DNA from: Torpedo marmorata
Taxonomy: Eukaryota
NCBI GenBank assembly: GCA_977017645.1
Contig: OZ360239.1
Span: 68,076,001 to 68,140,000 of the forward strand
DNA: 64,000 bases
Direction: 5' to 3'
Both the position numbers and the translations under genes were made by a program. The notes beneath the pieces were generated by a model, which worked only from the letters and a program-made list of their open reading frames with translations, ran no database searches and was not told the origin of the DNA. Shown here one piece after another: positions 1-12,689 of the stretch; the first letter of the stretch is position 1, and each line of letters begins with the position of its first letter.

Positions 1-360
1 ATGAGCTTCTGTTGAAAGACTAGCTTAATAAACAATTGTAAAATTCAGAAACTATATCGCAAGTCAACTGCTCTGAATGTAATAGCTTTTATATATTAAC
101 CAAAGGAGAATACAAGAAAATAAAAAGTCTGCTCCTTTTAATTTTTTTCTAGTCTCATCAGCTCAGCTTGTGACCTATCATGAAGCCACTGAGCCACGCA
201 GACCAAGTAGAGACATGTTCAATCTCGAGCTCACATGGAATTACAGCACATCAAATGTTGCTCTTAGAACAAATCTTAGTGTCTGCAGGTAAGGTACAAA
301 AAAAAATGGTCAAGATCCCTTCCTTGTTTTTCAACAGGCGTCTGTGTGGACAATAGTTCT

Positions 361-610
361 ATTTAAATTTAGACATACAGTAAGGTAACAGGCCATTTCA
401 GCCCACGAGTCCGTACCACCCAATTTACACCCAATTAACCTACACCCCGGTACGTTTCGAATGGAGGGAGGAAACTGGAGCCCCGGGGGAAAACCCACGC
501 AGACACGGGGAGAACGTACAAACTCCTTAGAGACAGCGTGGGATTCGAACCCCAGTCCCGATCGCTGGCGCTGTAAAGGCACGCTAACCGCTACGCCAAC
601 CGTGCCACCC
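361..610 (-). mobile_element. tRNA-derived SINE (HE1/V-SINE-like) with CR1-type tail
   Basis: The minus strand begins GGGTGGCACGGTTGGCGTAGCGG (A box) with a GGTTCGAATCC B box, and ends in a (TTTAAA)-type tail. A near-identical copy lies at 38886-39143. Confidence 0.8.
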
Positions 611-919
611 CTAGTCAGTATAAACCTTGATCTTGGAGGTCTCCATTGTTGATTGCCCATCTCGATCAAGGCTCAACCAGGGATGATGAAAGCCAAACTA
701 CAGAAGACAACTAGCACTCCATCTAAATGTAGCAAGATTAACACACCATTCAGGCACGGGGTGATATGCTGCAAGTAACACAAATAACACAAGGCACTGG
801 CATTCTTCAACAAAGAGTATCAAACACCTTGTGCTTGACTTTCAACAGCATCAACACTTCCGAGTTCTCCATCAACATCCCAGACGTGGGGGGGGGGGGG
901 GACGGGTGGCAGTGGAGTC

Positions 920-1365
920 AATGCTAACAGCCTCATACTGCTATAAGAGCAGGTCAGAGGCTGGGCATCCTGTGGCTGACATAAAAGTTTTTTTCATCTA
1001 CAAGGTGCAAATCAGAAGTGTTATGGAATCTGCTCCAACTGCCTGAATAAATGCAATTCCAAAAGTACTCCTGGTGCCTTAAAAAGTAGTTGCACAACTA
1101 ATGGATGCATTGATTGTGGTCTTCCAAAGTTCCCAAGATTGTGAAAAAATCCCAACAGACTGGAAAATCACACAAAAAATAGCAAGGTACTGAGAGAGAA
1201 AAAGCAGGAAATCATGGGCCAGTGAGTCCAACAATTGTTATTGGAAAACTGCTGAAGGATGACAGAACTAATGTATCAAAATTAATTGGATGATTGCTCT
1301 TAAATTTACCAGAATTGAGGAAAAGGAGACTCCACTGAAACTTATAAAATTCTGTCAGACAAGAT
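920..1365 (+). mobile_element. Old CR1-clade LINE remnants, the last one split by the Gypsy insertion
   Basis: Degenerate CR1-like sequence. ..GAAACTTATAAAATTCTG..AGAT at 1337-1365 continues as GCAGGAAAGAT.. at 14723. Confidence 0.55.
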
Positions 1366-2037
1366 TGTTACAACTCAAAACCAGCAGCAACAGAAGACGC
1401 AGTTCAAAAGGGTTAAATTTTAACTCGGTATTTATTAATGACTATTGATAATATAACGTCATAACACAATTAACCCCTTATAACTATCTATGACAAATAT
1501 ACAGATATCATATATTTATAAACAGTGTGTATGTAAAAAAAAAAAAATACCCAGACCATTACAGTCTGTGCCCAATATTCAAAAAGGAAAAATCCCCAAA
1601 AGCCCAGGTCAGTCAGTCAAGTAAGTCAGTCCAAAAACACAGTCCACAAAATTCAATCTCAAAGTTCAATGTCCAAGTTCAGTTCTTTAACTGATAACAG
1701 AGGACGTCGTATTGAACGTTGGAGAGAGAAATGACTGATATTGCATTGCAGTAAGCTTACGAATCCTTTTTCAGGCTTCCTCAGGTGACTTCCCTTGGTT
1801 CTCAAAGTGTGGTTTTTTAACCCTTCCTCGCTTATGAGGCATGTGCATTTCACATAGCTCTCCAGCTGTCCTCTGCTGCTCCAACTGCCATTCTACTGCC
1901 GCTCCAACTGCTGTTCTTCCGCTCCAAATTCCGTTCCATTGTCTCAGGATGTCACAAGTCACACAGAGTTCTCAGCAGAATTCCATCCTTTATGATGACA
2001 GTCCAGAGTCCAAAAGGTCAGTCCATGGTCCATAACA
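1366..2037 (-). repeat. 3' LTR of Gmr1-like Gypsy (672 bp)
   Basis: TGTTA...TAACA termini; direct repeat of 14040-14718; polypurine tract GGGTGGGAGG (minus strand) at 2038-2047. Confidence 0.95.
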
Positions 2038-2163
2038 CCTCCCACCCACAAAGAAACTTTTGGTCTGTAAGAACAAAATTTTAGGAATTAAGGTGTCACA
2101 ATATAAAATAAAACACTATGTTCATCTGCAAGCACACACAGTAACTAATTTCATTTACAAAGT

Positions 2164-3768
2164 TTAGCATCTAGAAAGGCAATCGGCAATCACATTATCC
2201 TTTCCCTTAGTGTGCGTTATCATCAAATCATACTCTTGTAAAATCAAACTCCAATTTAACAAACGTCTATTCTTAGTCTTCAAAAAACAATGGATTATAA
2301 TTAGTATACACCATAAACGGTTTTTGAGCTGTACAAATGTAAATATCAAAATGTTGTAGAGCCAACACAAGACCTAACAACTCTTTCTCTATGGTGGAAT
2401 AATTCTTCTGATGATCATTAAACTTCTTCAAGAAGTAGGATACAGAATGATCAACATCATCATCATTCTTCTTCTGTAACAGCACTGCACCCACAGCTTC
2501 ATCACTGGCATCCACGGCTAAAGAAAATGGTTTCTCTAAGTCAGGTGACTTAAGCACAGGTTGGTGGCATAAAATGGCCTTCAATTTTACAAATGCTTCT
2601 TGGCAACATTTCGACCAGACAAATTTTTCTCCCTTCTTAATCAGTTTTGTTAGAGGGAGTGTAATATCTGCAAAGTTTTTACAAAACATGCGATAGTAGC
2701 CAATCATTCCCAGGAACCTTCGAAGAGTTTTCTTACTAATTGGAACAGGGAACTCAGAGATAGTCAAAACCATTGCCTCAACTGGCGCCAACTGCCCCTG
2801 TCCTACGACATAACCCAGATAAGTAACAGTCGCATGACCAAACTCACTTTTACTTAAATTAACTGTGAGATTTGCTTTTGAAAGTCGATTAAACAATTCT
2901 TCTAACTCAAGGACATGCTCTTCCCACGTGTCACTACTTATAACTAAATCATCAATGTAAGCACCTGTGTGCTTCAACCCCTGAATTACAGAATTAATCA
3001 TTCTTTGAAATGTCCCCGGAGCATTCTTCATTCCAAAGGGCATGACAATGTACTCATACAGCCCAAAAGGTGTTACAAATGCAGAAATCTCTTTACTCCT
3101 ATCTGTTAAAGCAGTGGTTTTCAAACTGCCGCCCTAAACTCACATTCCACATTAAGCAATCCCTATGCCATAAGTGCTCTGTGATTAGTAAGGGATTGCT
3201 TATGGTGGTATGTGAGTGGGAAGGGAAGGTTGAGAACCACTGCTCTAGACCCAATTGTTACTGAAATATTTGGCTTGAGAAAAATTGTCATTGGCCCATT
3301 TCCTTTGGAGTTATGAAACCGTGCACATAACGAGTTAATTAGGTACAATTAAAGCAGTGGTTTTCAAACTGTTAAAGGAACACACCAGTAACCTTTCAAC
3401 AAGTCAATTTTAGTAAGAAATTTTGCCTTCCCCAATTTGTCTATACAATCATCCACTCTAGGAATAGGATAAGCATCTGTCTTTGTCACAGCATTTACCT
3501 TCCTATAGTCAGTGCAAAACATAACAGTTCCATCTGGCTTAGGCACTGAAACACAAGGTGAACTCCAATTTGAAGTAGACTTTCTAATGATACCATTCTT
3601 CAACATGTAGTCAATTTCTTGATCTACTAGTCTTCACTTTTCCATATTCATCCGATAGGGATGCTGGTTAATAGGTCTAGCATCACCTACATCAACATCA
3701 TGATAAGCTATGGAAATTCTCTGAGGTACATCTGGAAATAAATTCTCAAATTTTAAAAGTAACTGTCT
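2164..3768 (-). pseudogene. Gypsy RT + RNase H (disrupted)
   Basis: ORFs 3364-3606, 2273-3124 and 2164-2370 give WSSPC..VPKPDG..DYRKVN, IDLLKGYW, MPFGMKNAP, YIDD, AVDAS, YSTIEKE, DNVIADCLSR. Interrupted by a MITE at 3112-3368. Confidence 0.92.
3112..3368. mobile_element. hAT/Charlie-like MITE-derived insertion within Gypsy RT
   Basis: CAGTGGTTTTCAA ... TTGAGAACCACTG inverted ends, followed by CTCTAGAC. The target duplication CTGTTAAAG (3103-3111, 3369-3377) restores the RT reading WCVPLT|DRSK. Confidence 0.7.
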
Positions 3769-4044
3769 CATTTTTTTCTTTCTTTTTTAAAAACATATTT
3801 TATTTAAAATTTTTAATCACTCGATAATACATATTATAAAATGCAAAATTATCAAAATACATGTGATATATTTTCACCCCCCCTCCCTCCCTCCCACCCT
3901 TACTATTCTAATAAAATAAAAAAAGAAAGAAAGAAAGAAAGAAAAAGATAAAGTAAGGAGAATGTCAATCTAAAAAAAAACAACAATAAGCTAATTTTAT
4001 TGTGGAACACAGGTTTGCCAGTCAGATCTGATATCCAGAGATCT

Positions 4045-7000
4045 TCAAATCCTTAAACCCACAGTTTTTATATATCGGCTCCATATTTTCAAAAAGAAAT
4101 GATATTTGTTACGTAAATTATAAGTAATTTTTTCAAATGGTATAGCTGAACGAAGTTCTGCATGCCATCTCTCTAACCCTAAATCTACATCAGACTTCCA
4201 TGTAATAGCAATGCATTTTTTTTAAACAGCAAAAACAATTCGCAAAAATTCTATTTGATACATTTAATCTCATTTTAGTACTAATTCTTTTAATATCTCC
4301 AAACAAAAATATCATAGGATCCATTGGGAGTGTAATTCTTAATACTTTATCTAAAAACTTCTTAACTTTCAACCAAAAATCATATATCTTTGGACAAAGC
4401 CACGTAGAGTGTACAAACGAACCTTCCTCTTTGTTACATCTAAAACATAAACCTGATAATGTCGGATTAAATTTCTTAAGTGTTAAATATAATTGATGTA
4501 AAAAATTATATTGCACCAACCTATATCTAACATTAATAATCTTCGTCATACTTTGTTTACCTATTTATTTCCAATGCTCCAAATCCAATTCCCATTGTAA
4601 TCTTGATTTATGAATTCCGAGTTTAGGCATTTTTCTCTGTAACAATCTATACATTTGAGAAATAAATTTATTTATACCCCCATTAGTAACTAATAGTTCC
4701 AGTTCACTTTGTCTTGGTAAAGTCAAATTGTAATCCAACCTTTCAACTAAAAATACTCCAATTTGATAATAAGCAAAAAGTGTATTATTTAATACATTAA
4801 ATTTCTTTCATCCTTTGAAAAGTAATAAATTTACTAGCTTCTAAACAATCATTTATTTTTTTAATTCCTTTTTGAAACCAAATTTTAAATAATTGATTGT
4901 CAATAGTAAATGGAATAAGTTTATTTTGATATAAAGGCATTTTTCGAGAAATTAACCCTTTCCCTCCTATCTCCCTATCCACTTTATTCCATATTTCTAA
5001 CGTGCTTTAAAATAGGAGAGTTTTTACCTCCTCTTAATAGTAATTGAGAATTCCATTTATAAATAACTTCTTCTTTCAAATCCTCTCCTATATTATTTAA
5101 TTCTATTCTAATCCAAGCAGATTTCCCTAAATCAAACATTTCATTAATAAATTTTATTTGAGCTGCTTTATAATAATTTTGAAAATTGGGAAGTTGTAAA
5201 CCTCCCATTTCGTACTCCCAAGTTAATTTCTCCATAACTACTCTAGCCAACTTTCCTTTCCACAAAAATTTCCTAATAATTAAATTTAAATCTTTAAAAA
5301 ACTTTTGGGGAATTTCATAAGGAATTGATTGAAAAAGATATTGAATTCTTCGAAAAACATTCATTTTTATACAATTTACCCTTCCTATTAAAGTTATAGG
5401 TAAATCTTTCCAACTTTCTAGATCTTTTTTAATATTCATAAATAATGGTAAATAATTTAATTTATATAAATTAGCTAATTTTGTATCTGTTTTTATTCCC
5501 AAATATTTAATTCCATCATTTGACCATTTAAATCGTGTAATTTCTTTACATTTATTATAATCTCCTTGTGTCAATGCCATAATTTCACTTTTATCAGAAT
5601 TAATCTTATAACCAGATATTTCCCCATATTCTCTCAGTAAAACAGTCAGTTGTGTTAAAGAAGTGATAGGTTTTGTCATATAAATCTGCAAATAAACTAA
5701 TTTTATGTTCTTCTTTTCCAACTTTAATACCTACAATCTTAATATCTTGTCTAATTAATTCTGCTAAAGGTTCTATTGCTAAAATAAACAATGCTGGCGA
5801 CAAAGGGCATCCTTGTGTAGTTGACCTAGTCAACAAAAAATTTGAAGAAATTTGTCCATTTGTCACCACTCTGGCAAAGGGTTCTTTATATATAGTTTTA
5901 ATCCAATTAATAAATGTATTTCCAAAACCAAATTTTCCCAACACTTTAAATAAATAATTCCACTCTAATCTATCAAAAGCTTTTTCGGCATCTAATGTTA
6001 ATACTAGTGCTAATTCCTCTTTCTTTTGTGCCACATTTATTAAACTAATTAATCTGGCTATATTATCTTTTGAATATCTGTTCTTAATAAAACCTGCTTG
6101 ATCTACATGGATTAAATCTGGTAAATATTTAGCCACTCTATTTGCTAAAATTTTTGCCATTATCTTATAATCCACATTTAGCAATGAAATTGGTCTATAT
6201 GATTCTGTTTTCAACGAATCTCTATCTTTTTTAGGTATAACTGTTATTATTGCATTTGAAAAAGTTTCCGGCAGAGAATGAGTTTCCGTTATTTGTTTTA
6301 ACACCTCCATATAGGGAGGTATCAATAAATCCTTAAATTCCTTATAAAATTCTGATGGGAAACCATCCTCCCCCGGAGATTTTCCACTTGTTAAAGAACT
6401 AAGAACATCATTCACTTCTCTCATCGTAAACGATGAATCTAAAAATTCTTTACTTTGAATATTTAATCTAGGTAACTTAATTTTAGATAAAAATTCATTA
6501 ATTTTAGAATTATCTTTATCAGTTTGGGATTTAAATAAAATTCTTTAAAAGAATCATTTATTTCTCGAGGTTTATATGTTATTTTTTAGGATTCTTTTTT
6601 ATAGCACTTATATAGTTCTAGAAGTTTGTTCTTTCTTTAATTGCCACGCTAACACTTTATGAGCTCTTTCTCCCAATTCATAATATCTTTGCTTAGTTCT
6701 TTCAATTAATTTTTCCATTTTATATGTTTGTAACGTATTATAACATAATTTTTTTTCAGTTAAAGTTTTCCTCTTTTCTTCTGATCTCTTTTTTTGCAAA
6801 TCCTTCTCCAAAAACTCAATCTCCTTCTCCAAATTATCCAATTCATGAATATATTCCTTCTTAACTTTTGCTGAATAACTTATTATTTGACCTTTTAAAT
6901 AAGCTTTCAGAGCCTCCCAAATAATAAATTTATTGTCAATCGAATTAGAATTAATCTCTAAAAATTCTTGAATTTCTCTTATATAATTACAAAAATCCAT

Positions 7001-7763
7001 TCTTTTCAATAAAGAGGAATTAAATCTCCATCAATATATAAATTTTTCTTTTTCTGGAATTATACATGACATTAATAGAGGCGAATGATCAGAAATTATT
7101 CTTGCTTTATATTGCGCTTGAGTCACCCTATCTTCTAATTGTGATGACAATAAAAACATATCTATTCTAGAATAAAAATCATGTCTAAAAGAATAAAAGG
7201 AATAATCTTTTTCTCTTGGATTCAACTTCCTCCAAATATCTATTAAATTCAAATCTTTCATCAAAGTAAGAATTATTTTAGCAGTTTTAGTTCTGATAGT
7301 TGATTTCAATGTTTTATCCATTGTTGGATCTAAACAACAATTGAAATCCCCACTAATTAAAATATTATCATTTGCTTCTGACAAGTGCATAAAAGAATCT
7401 TGAATAAATTGTTCATCTTGTGTATTTGGCACATATATATTCATATATTGAATATATCTGACAATTTATTAAAACATATCTTCCTGACACATCTATAACC
7501 ACAGATTGTATTTTAAAAGGTAACTTTTTATTAATTAATATAGCAACTCCTTTTGCTTCAGAATTAAATGAAGACGCAACCACTTTACCAACCCATTCTC
7601 TTTTCAACTTCTGATGTTCTATATCTGTCAAATGTGTCTCTTGTAAAAAAGCTATATCAACTTTTAACTTTTTAACATATGCTAAAGTTTTCTTTCTTTT
7701 AATCGGATTATTTAGCCCATTTATATTAATACTTACTACATTTATTAATTTACTGTCTGCCAT
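4045..7763 (-). pseudogene. L1 ORF2 (APE endonuclease, RT, C-terminal CCHC), frameshifted
   Basis: NINGLN, LQETHL, GDFN, SRIDM, SDH, KSPGEDG, YRPISLLN, LDAEKAFDR, QGCPLSP and CFRC..H..W.C motifs across several ORF pieces. The FADD motif is broken by a small deletion. Confidence 0.92.
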
Positions 7764-8009
7764 TTCTAATATTTAATAACTCTCTCTCCATCAGACATGC
7801 TGGTTCCCCCTTCCACATTTGTAATCTATTTGACACCTCCTTAGAATGAAAAAGAAAAGAAAAGAAGAAATAAAAAGAAAATAAAAAACTAAAAAACCCA
7901 CTATATATAATACTGGTATATTTACACCAGTAAGGTGACGTGTGACTAGGTACGGAGAAGACAAAAAGTCCACCCCCCACCAAACAGATTTTACACAGCA
8001 TTTGTTATC

Positions 8010-11000
8010 ATTTCTTCATCCAGCTTGTTCGAGATCTCTATTAGCTTGATCCTCATTAATTACGATCACATCCTCTTGTCCTAAGACTCTTGGTGAAAGC
8101 AGTTCCTGAGTCGATACAGTACTTGAAATTGCCCCAACAAATCTTGATCTTTCTTTAATTTCGGAAGTAAATTTGCATGCTCCAAAGCTTCTTGATAATC
8201 AGTAAAAAAGAATGATTGATTCTCTGCAGACTGTACCTTCAATGTCGCAGGATATCTAAATGAAAATTTGTATCTTTACTCCACAAAATTGGTTTCGCTG
8301 GATTAAATTCTTTTCGTTTTTTTATTATTGCTGTCAGAATCAGAATTTATTGTCATGAACAAGTCATGAAATTCGGTGTTTTGCAGCAGCATCATAGTGC
8401 AATTAACATTCATATTAACCATCTTACGACATTACTATAAAAATTATTATAAATAATAGTGCACGAAAAGTAAGGCAGTGTCTTTGGTTCATTGATTATT
8501 CAGGAATCTGATGGCAGTGGGGAAGAAGCTGTCCTTGTGCCGTTGAGTGCTCGTCTTTAGGATCCTGTACCTTTTTCCCGATGGAAGCAGAGTGAAGAGG
8601 GCATGGCCTGGGTGGTGGGGGTCTTTGAGGATAGAGGCTGCTTTTTTAAGACACTGACTCATGTAGATGTCCTCGATGGAGTGAAGGTTGGTGCCTGTGA
8701 TGTCCTGAGAGTTGGCCCCTCCATACCAGGCAGTAATGCAACCAGCCAGAATGCTCTCCACGGTACACCTGTAGAAGTTTACGAGAGTCTTCGGTGACAT
8801 ACCGAATCTCCGCAGACACCTCACAAAGTATAGCCGCTGACGAGCCTTCTTTGTGATTGCATCAACTTGGATGCTCCAGGACAGATCCTCGGAGATGTTG
8901 AAACCCAGGAATTTGAAGTTCTTGACCCTCTCCACTACTGAGCCCTCGATGAGGACTGGGTCATGTTCCCCTGACTTCCTCCTGAAGTCCACAATCATCT
9001 CCTTGGTTTTGCTGACGTTGATCTCAAGGCTGTTGTCATTACATCATTCAATGAGCTGATCTAAGCACGCATCCTTGGGGTGCGCCTGTGTTGATAATCA
9101 GTGAGGAGGAGACGTTGTTTCCAATTCATACTGACTGTGGTCTTCCGATGAGAAAGTCAAGGATCCAGTTGCAGAGTGGGGTACAGAGGCCTAGGGTTTG
9201 TAGCTTCTTGACCAGCACTGAGGGAATAATGGTATTGAAGGCCGAGTTGTAGTCGATGAAGAGCAGCCGTATGTATGAATTGCTGTTTGCGAGGTGATCC
9301 AGAGCTGAGTGGAGAGCCAGTGATATTGCATCTGCTGTGGAGCGATTGTGACGATAGGCGAATTGCAGTGGGTCCATATCTTTGCTTAGGTACGTGTTAA
9401 TTCTGGCCATGACCAGCCTCTCAAAGCATTTCATCACAGTAGAAGTTAGTGCTACTGGGCAGCAGTCGTTGATCAGCCCACATTACTCTTCTTGGGTACC
9501 GGGATGATTGATGCCCTTTTGAAGCAGGTGGGAACCTCTGACTGCCGCAATGAGAGGTTGAGAATGTCCGTGAACACTCCGGCTAGTTGGTTGGCGCAGA
9601 TTTTCAGTACCCTGCCAGGTACGCCGTCAGGGCCTGACGCCTTGCGAGGGTTCACCCTCTTGAATTCTGACGTCGCCCTCAGAGACAGATATCACAGGGT
9701 CCTCAGCCTTTTCAGGGATTCTAGTAGGCACTGTTTTGTTCTTCTCAAAGCGGGCATAGAAGGTGTTCAGCTCATCGGGTAGTGAAGCATCACCGCCGTC
9801 TATAGTGTTCGCCCTCGCTTTGTAGGCTGTAATGGCCTGCACTCCCTGCCATAGCTGGCGTGTATCTGTCTCTAGCTTCCTCCGGAATTGCTACTTTGCT
9901 TCAGAGATGGCCTTCCGCAGTCGTGCCTGGAATTCTTGTAAAGTTCCCGGTCCCCGGCCTTAAACGCCCTTGTTCTCGAAAATGCCCTATTTTTATCAAT
10001 CATCAATGGACACTGGTACTTTCTTGCATTTTGAACAGCTAATTTCAATATCATCTCTTTATCCTGGTATCGAAGACATCTAATTGAGACTGAACGTGGC
10101 TTTCCTTCTACTATCTCCATGAGTTCTATCTAATTCAAGTCCATTTGGAAAATGATCAGTACCAAAAGTCTCTGGAATCCATTTTTGAAAAAATACAGTT
10201 GAATTCATCCCTTCAAAATCTTCGGGCAATCCTATGATTTTAACATTATTTCTCCGACTATGATTCTCCAATACATCCATTTTTTGTAAAAGTTCCTTTC
10301 TTTGTTGCTCCCAACCTGTAAATTAGTCTTCCACCTTTTCCACTCTATCTTTACAGTCCACCATTTCTTCATAATGTTCTTTAACAACCTCTTCAATTTT
10401 ATGGACCTTCAATGTTACTTTATCCACAATATTTGTATATTTTTTCATATCTTGTTTAATATCTTTCATTTCTTCCTTAACTTCATTAAATCCATGTTGC
10501 ATACGTTGATTCAATATTAACATTTGGTTTGTTAATTTATCCATAGCTGAAATAAAAGTAGCTGATAATTCTTTTTTTACCTTGAAGCCTTTGAGCCTCC
10601 TCTTCTCCACTTATTTCTTCTTGCTCCTCTCCCTCCATCTTTTGTATCCCTCCTTCCAGTTCTTCATATATTTCTTCCTCTCTCCTTTTATCTTCAGACT
10701 CCGTTGATGATGATAGTTCTTGTCCAGCTTCATAATGATATAGATGAGATACTTTTCCTCTGCTGTCAGCCTTAGCTGACAGTTCCCGTTCTTTATCGCG
10801 CATGCGCGTCATTTCGCGCATGCGCGGTCGGTCACTCTCACGTTGTAGTTCCTTAGTCTTCCTTCGAGCACCAGCGCCATCTTCCCCAGCTCCCTGGGAG
10901 GATGGCACTGGTGCTGCAATTACCTTCACCGTCCTTGTCTGCATCTTCCTGGGGGGGAGAGGAACTTGATCCCAAGGCTCCATCGCTAAGGTAGGCCGAT

Positions 11001-11073
11001 CTTCCTCTTGAATTAAACTTTCTTTAAACACTATTTTCTTTGACTTTTGCTCCTTCCCTTTTCTAGTGGACAT
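8010..11073 (-). pseudogene. L1 ORF1 (coiled coil + RRM), frameshifted and split by Rex1
   Basis: MSTRKGK start at 11073, coiled-coil ORF 10323-10610, LENHSRRNNVKIIGLPE RRM motif. Continues left of 8334 (TAIIKKRKEF). Confidence 0.8.
8334..9978 (-). mobile_element. Rex1/Babar LINE, 5'-truncated, nested in L1 ORF1
   Basis: [43 protein letters not shown] motifs and a (TTCTGA)n tail. Internal deletions relative to 48833-50570. Confidence 0.92.
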
Positions 11074-11222
11074 TCTTCAATCGTTAATAAACAATCTTAA
11101 CTTTTTTAATAACTAAATAAAGTTGTTTTTTCACACAGGTTTTAATTAGTTCTGTAGGGAGAGGTGTGTTTCCACATCTCCAGCCTACGCCATCACGCCA
11201 CGCCCCCCCCCCCCATTTTTTT

Positions 11223-12686
11223 AATTTATTTTTCTTGCAGTTTGGAGATGAGCCAACTTTGTTATCAGGTCCTGCAAAACCATGGAATTTTCCAACCTTG
11301 GGCTTATCAATTTTTGTGTCCCGTGACCTTCTCTGAAACTTATTTTATTTGTCTCCTCATTATCCTGGTCGATAACCATCACCTCTGCCGAAAGTTTAGT
11401 CTCACTGTGAGGCACCTGCTCAAAATATGGCTTAATCATATTTACATGACAAACCTGAGTATCTTGTCTGCGATTAGGCGTTTCAATAACATAAGTGACC
11501 TCATTAATTTTAGACTTAACTTCATATGGTCCTGAAAACCTAGCCCTAAGTGGATTTGAATGTGTTGGAAACAGAACCAACACTTTGTCACCAGGTTTAA
11601 AATTTCTCATCTTTGCCTTGCGATCATACCAAACCTTCATCTTCTGTTGAGTGGCCTTTAAATTCTCCTTTGCCATTTCACAAGCTTTATGCAACCGATC
11701 CTTAAATTTAAAGACATAATCCAACAAATTTAAATGCACATCATTATTAACCCACTGTTCCTTTAATAACATTAAAGGACCTCTTACCTCATGTCCAAAA
11801 TCCAACTCGAATGGACTAAAACCAAGTGATTCTTGGAAAGACTCCCTCACTGCAAATAAAAGCAAATGAACCCCTTCATCCCAATCCTTTTCATTCTCAA
11901 AACAATAAGTTCTCATCATGTTTTTCAGGGTCGAAAGGAACCTCTCCAAGGCCCCTTGACTCTCTGAATGGTATGCAGAAGATACAATCTGCTTACCATC
12001 TCAAATCATAAACCACTTGTTGGAATAAGCCTGACACAAAATTACTCCCTTGATCTGACTGAATTTCTCTAGGCAGGCCAACCAAGGTGGAAAACTTTAA
12101 CAAAGCCCTCACAATTTCCTTTGCTTTAATGTTTCTCAGAGGAATGGCCTCCAGAAACCTTGTGGCTTCACACATAATTGTCAACAAATACTGATTCCCA
12201 GCTTTGGTTTTGGGCAATGGGCCAACAGTCCACAATCACTTTCGAGAAAGGCTCAGTGAAAGCAGGGATAGGTTGTAAGGGTGCCACCGGGGGACCCTGA
12301 TTAGGTTTACCCACCACCTGACAAGTGTGATAGGCCCGGCAAAAGCTTACAACATCCTTTCTTAAACTAAGCCAATACAATTGTTTCATTGTCTTATCCA
12401 TAGTTTTCTTCACCCCAAGGTGATCACCGAAGGGTGTGCTATGAACCAAAGTTATAATTTCCTCCCTATCGGCTTTAGGGATCACAACCTGCTGCACTAC
12501 TGCCAATCTTCACTGGCAGGAACATCATGTGGTCTCCACTTCCTCATCAATACTCCATCTTTGACATAATAACCCACTGGCACTTTCTTAATCTCCTCGT
12601 CAGAGAGAGCCTTATCTCTCACCTCAGCAAGATCAGGGTCCTCATTTTGTCTTGCTATCAACTCCTGACTGGATAGCAACAAATCT
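11223..12686 (-). pseudogene. Gypsy integrase (H2C2 zinc finger + DDE core + C-terminal GPY region)
   Basis: H..P.G.HLG..KT, C..(Y)H.CQ, VIVDCVGPLP, IQSDQGSNF, ESQGALER, FSGPY motifs. Confidence 0.92.
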
Positions 12687-12689
12687 GTG

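Larger units (their letters stand above)
3778..11213 (-). mobile_element. Full-length L1-clade LINE (ORF1+ORF2, degenerate) nested in the Gypsy
   Basis: G-rich 5' end at 11213, A-rich tail at 3778, and TSD CATTTTTTT (3769-3777, 11214-11222). Confidence 0.92.

Noticed and set aside
540-610. tRNA gene
   Set aside because: The A/B boxes belong to the head of a multicopy SINE that continues into a SINE body and LINE-derived tail.
1659-2035. Short ORFs in the LTR, repeated at 14327-14763
   Set aside because: Duplicated only because they lie in the LTRs; no recognisable domain.
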